A DNA stretch of 62,989 nucleotides, counting the filler, from Cercozoa sp. M6MM (taxonomy: Eukaryota; Protista; Endomyxa: Ascetosporea), in the NCBI GenBank assembly GCA_040357565.1. It is 9 parts of 9 records of this genome, joined end to end, with 100 filler letters (N's around TTAATTAATTAA, not from the genome) between each part and the next. Parts side by side here need not be neighbours in the genome. Positions count along the whole stretch, not along the records: positions 19,025 to 26,859 come from JBDODJ010000592.1; positions 26,960 to 44,118 come from JBDODJ010000269.1; 7 more parts are not named here. One strand, written 5' to 3'. Numbering within the stretch: the stretch's first letter is position 1; each line of letters begins with the position of its first letter. Positions 25,888-36,008 of the stretch are shown here, one piece after another. The notes below the pieces were generated by a model. The model saw only the letters and a list, made by a program, of their open reading frames with translations. It ran no database searches and was not told the DNA's origin. The position numbers were made by a program, and so were the translations under genes.

Positions 25888-26012
25888 CCAGCAGAACTAA
25901 TCAACGGTTTAATTTTTTAGCGCTTGGCAGTCAGCAACCAACGCCGCGCGTCCTTAATTTGCAAACTAAAATCCGCGTCTGGTGGAGTTTAAAGTGAGCT
26001 TGCTGTGGTCGT

Positions 26013-26859
26013 CTACAAGCGCGCTTGTGCCTCCTGCATTTGGTGCTGCTGGCGGCGCATCTCCTGCAAAGCAAAAAAGTTGGGATAAACAGATGAGTTT
26101 AAGGGAGCTAGATACCTCGTAGGCACGCTGCTGACGCAGTTCCTCGGCGTGTGCACTCGTGCGAGCCACAACCTATGAGTCATTTTAACTAGTTAGCAGC
26201 CAAAAATACGTCAGTTTTGGACATAGTGAAAAAGAAAATACGGCATCGGTGACTTCGCGCAGCGTACTGGCGCCGCCGAGCTCTCTGTGGACATCCGGAG
26301 GGGTAAACGGGGGGGGGGGGGGGTAAAAGGGGGGGACAACGGGGGGGGGGTAGCAGCACTACCTAGGCAGCAGTCCCTCAGCGACAGTCTCCCAGATTCC
26401 GACATTGAGGGCACTGGCAGCATCGGGCTCCTGGGGAAGGGGGGGGGGGGGTAAACAAGAAGGAAACGGTAGGAGGGGGGTAAACGGGGGCGGGGTAAAC
26501 GGGGCGGGGGGGGTAAACGGAGGGGTAGGTAGGTACATCCAGGTAGTTGAGCAGCAGGTGAGCCGACAGGAACATGCCGTACGGGTTGACGTGTTGTTCC
26601 TGGGGAGGGGGTAAGGGGGTAGGGGGTAAACTACTGTAGAGGTAAGGGGTAAAAGGGGGAATAAAGCACCAGACTGGCCTCCTCATGCAGCACATCGAAC
26701 GCGTTGAGGTTCTGCGTGGCACGCGTCAGGTGCGGCGCTCCTGTTTCACGGGGGTGGGGGGGGTAAAAGTGAGGGGTAAAACGGAGGTAGGGGGGTAAAA
26801 TGGGAGGGGTAGGGGCAGGGGGGTAAAAGGGGGGGGGGTAAAGGTGACACACCAAAGAT
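26013..26859 (-). CDS. 3' part of a hypothetical protein
   Basis: Short exons between ttacccc-rich introns, ending QMQEAQARL*. Confidence 0.5.
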
Positions 26860-26959
26860 NNNNNNNNNNNNNNNNNNNNNNNNNNNNNNNNNNNNNNNNN
26901 NNNTTAATTAATTAANNNNNNNNNNNNNNNNNNNNNNNNNNNNNNNNNNNNNNNNNNNN
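26860..26959. other. Artificial contig spacer
   Basis: Same linker. Confidence 0.97.
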
Positions 26960-26979
26960 GGTAAAGGGGGGTAAACCAG

Positions 26980-27341
26980 GATCTCTTGATGCAAGGCGAG
27001 AATGACGCGAACTTCTTTTTCGGCAAACAAGCGTTCGCACATGTCGTCAGCGTCGACGAAATCCAGGCCTGTCAGGCAGGTATAACAACCAAAATTACAA
27101 GGGGGAAGGGGTCAAACCATCGCCGAATCGAAGGCCTTCGACATTGTCATTTGAGGCCAAGCGACGCGTCGGTTCGACGTACTCGCTGAGTAGCTGCTCG
27201 AGCGACCGAACGTAGGACTCCTCGCTGTTACAGGCAGTGCACGATCGATGCAACACCAGACAAAAGCAAAAAAAAAAAATCAAGTGCTGCTCGTGAGACT
27301 TACGTGGCGATCAGCTCCGCCAGTGGGTCTTCTGGCTCCAT
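26980..27341 (-). CDS. RhoGEF (Dbl-homology) protein N-terminus, 3' partial
   Basis: LAELIAT|EESYVRSLEQLLSEYVEP and RLFAEKEVRVILALHQE fit DH conserved regions. Confidence 0.75.
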
Positions 27342-27682
27342 CGCACTACCGTGCGCTCGATAGAACACTGCGACAAGCTTACAACCTGGGGATCGATATT
27401 GGCTTTTCCTGCTATTAATCGAAGTATTAGTCTCAGTTCATTAAACCAAAATGTGCCACTCCAAACCGGATCTTACTTGTGTAGTCTACTAAATGGAAAT
27501 GGCGTGCAATTCTGATAAATAAGTGTGCGTTCTCGACTGCACTGGTGTGCCATTGATTGCACGTTTGCGTGTCAGAGCGTGAGACTACTGGGATACGCTG
27601 CAGGGTCTGTGTAGAATTGTGACGAACGCAGGTAAAACTATGATTTTGGTGCCATAACGTTCTCAGTCGGTTCGGTGCATGC

Positions 27683-30593
27683 GTGGCTTATGGACAGAAT
27701 CCGAAAAAAGGGAGGTGTGGTCGCATGTCGATTGCCACCGACAAAGTGCGGCGGAGTTATTCGAAGCGATCAACGCGGACCACACGATCGGCTTCGACTC
27801 AGAGCACGCACTCCACACGAAGCGCGAAATCAGCGCAATCGGCGCCGAAAGCAGTGAAATCGGCGAAATCGGCGAAATCAGAGGCGAAACGAGCGAAATC
27901 GGCGAAATCTCGGCCGAAATCGGCGAAGAAAGCGACGAAGAAAGCGAGGAAGCAAGCTGAGAGCGAAGCCGGCTCTGTGCGACGTTCGAGTCGCAGCACA
28001 CGGCATCGCGCGTCGCTCACCGAGCCCGACGACACGCTCGAGTTCGAGATCGATTTCGAGTACGAAGAAGCCGGTGCGACCAAAACGCCCGCGAAAAAGA
28101 CCCGCAAGGCCAGCAAGCACGCGAAGAAGCCGAAAGCGACGAAAGCGACGAAGCAAAGCAAAAGTCGACTCGAAGAGAAAGTGCCAGCGACAGCGGAAAC
28201 TGTCGAAAATGAGCAATCAGAAGCCGGTGCAGCGCGTGCTTCGCGAAACCGACTCGGCAGCGCTTTGAACAAGAAGAAGCAAAGCGCAAAGCAGCAGCAA
28301 AGCAAAACAAAGCTTCGCAAGAGTCGCCGCAAATCCGTCAGCTTCGCCGAAGCCGTCGAAACCAAGGAGGAAAGCGACGAAAACGACGTCGCCAACAGTG
28401 TCGAAACAGAAACCGCTGCGTCAAAGTCAAAGCGTCGCGCAAGCAAGCGCACAAAGCTTTCAAAGCTTTCAAAGCTTTCGAAGCTTCCGAAGCTTTCGAA
28501 GCAAGTTGAGTCAGCGGCGAAATCGAGCGAAAGCAGCGAAGCGCAACTTGAGCCGGCGGCCAAGAGGCGAAAAACCGCCGTGGACGAAGTGCTTCGCAAA
28601 GCTTCGCTCGTCGACAAGGGCGGCTTCAAGCTCAGTGAGCGCGAGCAGTTGCTGCGACACGCGATTCGACACAGCGCCGGCGCTCCGGCACCGACGTCCA
28701 AGCTGCGCTTCTCGGTCGGTAGCTTTTGCTTTGATCTCTTCGAACACTTGGCAAGCTTTAGCTTTGCCTTTCTTATCTTTGCTTGCGAAAGCTTTGCTTG
28801 CGAAAGCTTTGCTTGCGAAAGCTTTGCCTGTGAAGCTTTGCTTGCGAAAGCTTCGCGTGTGAAAGCTTTGCGTGTGAAGCTTTGCTTGCGAAAGCTTTGC
28901 GTGTGAAGCTTTGCGTGCGAAAGCTTTGCTTGCGAAAGCTTTGAGGGAACGTGCTGTGTAGCGAACGAGCTGGTGGAGTCGCGCGAGATGCTGCGTCGCT
29001 TCCGAAGCGCGCGCGAGTCGAACGCGTCGCAGAAGCAGCGCCGGCGCGAGCGACTGCGCGGCGAGTTTCGCGAGTGGTTCGCTCTCATGTCGCTGGGCCA
29101 CAACGTGCTGCTCTGCGGCCTGGGCAGCAAGAAACTCCTGGCGCAGGAATTCGCCGACACGTGGCTACGCGATCGGCCGCTCATTGTGGCCAATGGCTAC
29201 GCCGAGCGATGCTGCGGCAAGTCCATTCTGCGGTCCGTTTGTACATGTCCCATTACATGTCCCATTTGTACTTGTCTCATGTCCCATTACATGTCCCATT
29301 TGTACACGCATGTGTCCTAACATCTAACATGCGTTGCTACTGGCCTCCACCCCCATTCCCTTAGGCGAATGCTGCGAGTGGCACGTGCACACGGCGCCGA
29401 GCAGAGCAAGGTGTCTTCGGTGGCACGGCAGCAGCCGCGCAGTCTGGTGCGGCAACTGGAGAGAGCGATGGACTCGCTCGTTGCCACTGCTCGTCTGCAT
29501 CCCAAGGACGCCAATGATGTGCCTCTTTTCCTTTCTATCCGACCCTACTACGCACCTCTACCCTACCCTACTAAACCCCTTATATACCCTACTAAACCCC
29601 CGTGTATACCCTATTAAAACCTCCTTGTATACCCTGTTAAAACCTCCTTGTATACCCTATTACAACCTCCTTGTATACCCTACTAAAACCCCCGTGTATA
29701 CCCTATTACAACCTCCTTGTATACCCTACTAAACCTCCTTGTATACCCTACTAAAACCCTGGTATACAGCCGAGTGTGACCCTGTGTATAGGCGATCCGT
29801 GACCACAAGCGCGAGGAGGAGGAGGAAGTGCGCCGACTGCGCAGCAAACTGCGCGGCTTCTACCTGCTAGTCAACAGTGCCGACGGACCGGCCTTCCGTG
29901 ACCCGCAGCAGCAGCGCGTGCTGGCCCTCATGGCACAGTGCCGCTACATCAGCGTCATTGCCAGCATCGACACGGCCTCGTCCTTCTTCCTGCTGGACCC
30001 GACGCACTGGGTCCGCGTCGACGCCGGCACCTTCCGCACGCTCAATCGCTTCGAGAACGCTCACCTCACCGAGAGCATCGCTTCCGCCAAGCGCAGCACG
30101 GACGCACAGCGAGGTGTTTCTTCCCATCTAACTCTTGAAGTACATTGCATGTCCATATGTCCATATACTTGCATGTCCATATACTTGCGTGTCCATATAC
30201 TTGCGTGTCCATATACTTGCGTGTCCATATACTTGCGTGTCCGTATTGCATGTCCATGCACTTGTGTCTTATCTAGGCGTGGGCTTTGTGCTCAAGTCAC
30301 TGACGCGCAACACGCGCGACGTGCTGCTTGAACTCGCCATGGTGCAGCAGGAGCAAGACGGCGCCGGACTCGACTTCCGCGCCTGGTTCAAGCAGTGCGA
30401 CGACATGCTCATCGTGTCGCGCGACAGCGACATGAAGCACCATCTCACAGAGCTTCTGGACCACAACCTCGTCGTCGTGCAGCGCGAGCGCGACGGCAGC
30501 GAGCGCTACGTGATTCCCTTCTCGGCCGACGTCATCAAGAGCAGCATCGTGGACGCCATCGAGAAACTCAACGACCTGGAGGATGCCTCCTAG
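27683..30593 (+). CDS. ORC2: Origin recognition complex subunit 2 with long basic N-terminal region
   Basis: EWFALMSLGHNVLLCGLGSKK; LIVANGY; LLVNSADG; VIASID; VLKSLTRN; LTELLDH. Start uncertain. Confidence 0.9.
28760..28945. repeat. Intronic ~15-mer minisatellite (GCGAAAGCTTTGCTT)n
   Basis: Tandem units with palindromic AAAGCTTT core in ORC2 intron. Confidence 0.9.
29560..29770. repeat. Intronic ~24-mer minisatellite (CCTTGTATACCCTACTAAAA-like)
   Basis: Tandem units in ORC2 intron. Confidence 0.85.
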
Positions 30594-30654
30594 CTTTCAG
30601 TTCGTTCCTAGCACTCATTATCCCAACCTACTACTGCATGCATGCTTAACTAGG

Positions 30655-33600
30655 CTAGGAGGGGTTCTCCACGCCTACAGCCTCCTCAAGCTTTGATGTG
30701 CACAAGTCGTCGACATGCTCGACGAGAGTGTTCAGACTTTCTCGTACAGCCACGTCCTGCAGGGGCACGGCCATAACATAAGCTTCACCTGAGCTAGCAA
30801 TAACAGACTGTGCTACCTCGTCAGTCTCCTCGTGTCTCTGTTGGTCCAGCAGCGACAAGGCGAACTTGCGAAGCTGTCGGAAAAAGCAAGAGGGTACACA
30901 CGTGAAAGAAGGTGAAAGCAAAAGAAAAGACGCACATAGACGACATCAGAGAGTGCCTGCTTGCGTCCACGAGACGTGAAGCGAGGCACACGGGCCAAAC
31001 GATCGACAACGACGTTGACGACGAGTGCCACACAGCGCACGAGCCAGACGTGCACATCCTCAGAGGCGCCGATCACGCGCTCGATATCATCGACCAGCGA
31101 GAACAAGGTGGCTCCACTACACGAGGCACACACCTACACAGCGCCTACACATCACCTATACAGAAGCTACACTGAAGTTGCAGTCTCGCTGGGCGGCACT
31201 TCCTCTTCGAACTGGTGTTCCTGCTGCTGCCAGATCGAGGAGCGGTGCAGTGTGTACAGCTTGCGCTTCGCACTGGCCACAAAGATCTCGACCTGCCACT
31301 GGCGCAGGTCTTCTTCCAGAGCGTCCCAGGTGTCCTCACTCGTTTCGACAGTCGATGGTTGTTCGTTGTGCCCGGAGGAAGCTGCGTTGACGGCGTCGGA
31401 ATCGTCGTGCAACTCGGCGTAGCGCGCGAACTCCGACTGCAGGTCGCGTCTGAGTTCCTCCAGGCGCTTTCGCAAGCTTGCAACTGCCTTTCGAATCAAC
31501 AGCACTCCAACAGCGTCGTCGTATTGCCTGTCAGAGAACAGGTCGGATTGTTCCGACTCTTCCTCGTTCGTTGCGCTGTCTTGTTTCTCTTGTTTCTTCT
31601 GCGTTAAAAAGAAGAGCTCGACTAGTCAAACAACGTCAATGAGGCACAACACACCAACACAGCTCGCTGATGCGAGGCACGCACTTTCCAGAAGGACACC
31701 TTGCACTTTGCCTAAGTATCAAAACGACATATCTGCTGATCACAAAATGTATTCGACAAACTGCACCGACTCAAGCAATCGAGAGATGTCGTTCGCAAGA
31801 CACCGAGACGTCAAACTGAACAAACTGAAGAAAGCTTGCACTGTTTCACTTTCTTTTCCTACACGAGCACTCTTCAGTTGGTTGAATTAAGTCATCAGAA
31901 AACAAGCGGAAACACAGTACGTGTGAAAAACTGCTCGGGATGCAAGGCGAGGAATTCCTGAGTATCACGGAGAATCCGAGATTCCGTTTTCTCCAACAGC
32001 GCGGGATTCCGCACGATTGGCAGCACAGCATCCTTAGCACACGGAATGTGAAAGCTGAACCAACAGCAACCAGGGACAAATTAAGCAGGTCAAGTACAAG
32101 CGAGCTGGTGCTTGTAACCTCCACAAGAGAGAACTCCTGCTTGTTTCGCACCTCCACTGAAGCGCGGTACTTTGCGAAACAAGCTTCGACTCGTCTCTGC
32201 CAACGCGAAATCACGAACCTTGTCAAAGTAGCTCGAGCGTCATCCGAGATTCCCGCAGTGTTCAACACGAGGTCCAAATTCGCATTCTTGTCTGCAATCA
32301 GATCAACTGGCAGTTCTAATTCTTCGGTTGAAGCCTCGTCGAATTCACGACCAACTTGCTCATAGAAACGCTTGCAGTCAATCTAATCAATAATACAATC
32401 ACAATTAATCACCGATCAAGACCAGGAGATACAAGACACTTTTAACCTTAGTGACAACTTCCAAAGCTGCAGTGTTTTCCAACAGCAGTTTCGTCAAGTC
32501 GAGTTCCGTCGCTTCTTCCTGCAGGCCTAAACTGCGAAACGCAAAGCTTAAGATGTCAACAACTCCTACCGTCAGCGCGGAAGAAGCATGAGTCAGGCGC
32601 AGATCGAAAAACGCCTCGTTGAATTCGCTTTCGGCACCGAAAGTCGACGCAATCTTTTGCAGTTCCTGTGTTTTCTCGCTTTGCCTGGGATGATAAAGAA
32701 CGAAGGTTTTAATCATTGTTGGAGTTTGAGACAAAGAAAGGTACAGGAAGACTTTCAATAGAAGCGGCAGCAAGGCGGCAACTGCGCTGGTTCTAACTTC
32801 CTCCAGTTTCGTCCTTTGCTCGTCAGTAGCGTTCGCAATCAATCCCTCAAAATCGGCAGCAGCAGCTAAAAAATGTTGTCATCAGCAAGCTTTAAACAAG
32901 CTTTGAATGGACTCTAGCAGCATACCTTGCAACTGCTCGTTTTCGATCAGTTGCTTCAGTTGAACCAGACTGAACAACAAGTTGAATTCGGGGTCTGCTG
33001 AACTCACAAGACACCAAGCAAGCCAAAGATACTCATGTTTAAAGCGCATCTCGCGTTCGACGGTTTCTTTGAGTTTTTGCAGTTTTTGTCTGATCTCAAA
33101 TCGACACGAGTGGTAAGTTTGCTCGTGCGTTCCACACACTCAAAACACACCTATTCTCCGTCACCTTGGTCTGTTGCAAGACACGAGTAAAGTAACGAGC
33201 AAAAAGAAAAGCCAAAGAGAGCGCACCAGAGGCTTCAGTGCGACAGCACTGTCGGAAGCAGCGAGTTCAGAGGCGCTTCGTTCGAGTTCCTTTTGGCAAA
33301 AACTGCTGCTTCACAGAAAGTGCAACAACGCGATGAGCGACCGAAAGCACCTCAAGCGACTCCAGCAGCGCCGTGTGTTGCTTCTCGTCTTCTCGTTCGC
33401 GAAGCTTCATCCTGCGTCTGAAAGTTAGCAAAACAAAACAAGTCCAGCCCCTTTAAGAGAGAGGAGTCACCTCTGCTGCATCGCTTCAAACTGCTCCTGC
33501 GCGCGGACAGCTTGCACATCGAACTCGGCGCTGATGCGAGCTTCCGTCGCTTCCAGCTGCGAACATTGAATCCGGTCACTAAATTAATCGAAAATAACAG

Positions 33601-33750
33601 GAAGGCTACCTCGTGCAGCAACTTGGCGCAGTGGCCGACCAAGCTGGACGTGTCCTGCGACGCTGGGAGTCCCAGCAAATGCTGCACCAGCAATTCCGTC
33701 ACATCCGAGCTATCGTCGCTTTCAAGCAGATTTTGCACTAGATCAGACAT
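30655..33750 (-). CDS. Large helical protein with N-terminal coiled coil, hypothetical (possibly CATCHR tether-like)
   Basis: Regular exon/intron pattern over 3 kb with amphipathic helical sequence; family is a guess. Confidence 0.55.
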
Positions 33751-34002
33751 ATGTGGCGTGTCAAACCACCCGTACTCTCTATACACGCCCTAAACACGCA
33801 GGTGTGCTTGGGCCGAACTTATCATATTTATTGCTAATTTTTAGACATGCTCGAGCAGTTGCAGTGCAAGTGGAGCACGGAACGGAAGTGTATTAATACA
33901 GACAGAGAGCTGAGTGGTGGTCCTAGTCAGGGTGTTCCGTATGTCGGTGCTGTTCGTTCGGTGTAGGCGTGTGTACGAGTGTGCTTGTGCATTGCGACAG
34001 TA

Positions 34003-35678
34003 CTACGAGGCCGTGGACTGGTCAGCAGCAGGCGTCGGCGACGGCAGCTCGTGGTCGGCGACGTCGTCGGCCGGCTCGAAGGACAAGTCAAAGAGACGGT
34101 CACGTGGCACCTTGCCGCATAGCACGTGTCTGACAGCGCGTGTGTCGGCGGCAAAGTAGCGCTGCTTGTCGTGGGCCGAGAGACGGCGCCACCTGTCGAT
34201 GTTGCCGTCCAGACGGTCCATGTACACGTAGAAACTGTTGAGGAAGCCTACGCGCGTCAGGCGCTGCAGCAGCGGCCGCGCGTACAGTGTGAGGAACTTC
34301 ATCTGCCCAGGGAGAAGGGGGTAACGCTCTAGGCAACGCTCTAGGGAAGTAGAGTACCTGTCCGTCCAGGAACGGGTCGATCTTGAGGGCCGCCTGCGTG
34401 GGCGACTCGAGCGACTGCTTGTAGAACTCGCGGAACAGGCGGCGCACCCACGGCACGGCGCACTCCTCGAAGTGGTCCGTGACAGCGCCAATGTCCGAGC
34501 ACAGCAGCACCAGGCGCAACACGCCCATACGGTCCGCATGCGACAGGTCCGTCGGCAGTGGCCGCGTCACTGTGCGTACTGGTTCCACCTAACAAACACC
34601 AGGGGGAGGGTCGGGGTATATCAACACCCAAGGATCACATGGCAAGTACATTGATGCAAGTACACTGATGCAAGTACACTGATGCAAGTACATTGATGCA
34701 AGTACATTGATATCGGAGGCCACGTCGAAAGGCGAGTGACGGCGCAGCACCTCGTGCCAACGCTCGCGCACGCTCTGCTGCACGCCCGCGTCCATGATGT
34801 CGGTGCACAGGATGAGGTCGCCGATCATGTCGTGCAGCGACTGCCGCTGCTGCGCCGACAGTGGCGCCAGCAGGCCGCGCTGCTCGTCGCTTTCCCTCAG
34901 CAGCACCCGACACCGGTCGATCGAATACCTGCAGAATACATCGTGTCGAAAATGACACACACACAGGAGACATGTCCGCGCGGAACACTAGTCACACACT
35001 GTGGGGAGAAACGTACCGCTCGGAAAATGAACCATTGTACATGCGCGCACGCTCTGCGCCAATCGTGGCCAGGTGCGCGTTCGTGTAGCCCGGGTGCGCC
35101 AGGTCATGACACGCCGCCTGCAGGGGTAGGGGGTAGGGGGTAGGGGGTAAGAGGGTAGCAAGGTTAGGAGGTAAGTAGGGGCTGGGGGTAAAGGTAACAG
35201 TACCGACAGCAGAACAGCCAGGCATTCCAGAGGCTCGAGTCTCGCCAGGAACTCCTGCAACACCAGGGGAATAGACGAGGGGGAAGGTAAGGGAAGCAAC
35301 AAGGATACCGGCTCCCTGTGCAGTGCACGCCATGCAAACAGCAGCACGTAGAAGGCGTGCGGCCAGTTGTGGTAGGGCTGCAGCTGGTAATCCTGCCGCA
35401 CGAGCTGCATGAAGTACAGCACGGCACCGGCATCGAGACCGAGCTGCGACACGCTGCCGGCCTTCATCACCATGGCCGTGGCATACTCCACCAGTCGCTC
35501 TGGCGGCACCGACTGCGTTCAAATACAGAGGCACTCACTCATGTATGCACAATCACGCAAAGCGGAAGCACACAACATCGCAAAAAAAAAACGGCAAGTC
35601 AGACTCCAGCCGCTGATCACAAATCATCATCAGTACCGTAGGATTCCTCAATTCGGCCACCTCGGCCAGAATACTCAT
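34003..35678 (-). CDS. Class I cyclic nucleotide phosphodiesterase, essentially catalytic domain only
   Basis: PYHNWPHA; AACHDLAHPGYTN; LILCTD; CSDIG; EFYKQ; QMKFL. Confidence 0.9.
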
Positions 35679-36008
35679 GTCTGATGTGTCTGCAGACACG
35701 TGCCTGCTAGCGTGCACACACTCGGCGTGACCGGGCCGCCGGCGTTGATTCAGAATACCACAAACTCTCTCCACAGGGGACAGAGAAGGCGGAAAACGGT
35801 GCACTCAAAGCACCTACAGCCTAGAAACCACCTCGAGGCCCAAAAGCTCGACGGTCAGTGTATTGTACTACAGTACTGGCCACTGAGTCTATGGGTCCCT
35901 GTGCGTCCTTCAAGCTCAAAGGTCAGACACATTTTTGGGCTCAGGTCTTCCGAGAGAACAGGTTCCGTGCCCAGATCACACTGTGCTTGCGTGTGCTAGT
36001 ACTATTGA

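Noticed and set aside
24020-26850. TTTACCC/GGGTAAA as interstitial telomeric repeats
   Set aside because: Not the complement of TTAGGG/TTTAGGG-type repeats, irregular, and confined to introns.
26013-27341. Single RhoGEF gene spanning the spacer
   Set aside because: The join is artificial and the 3' piece shows no DH/PH motif.
27799-29193. 464-aa antisense ORF over ORC2
   Set aside because: Shadow frame of GC-rich low-complexity coding sequence and a stop-free repeat.
29560-30250. CRISPR-like arrays in ORC2 introns
   Set aside because: Head-to-tail minisatellites without unique spacers, no cas genes, eukaryotic context.
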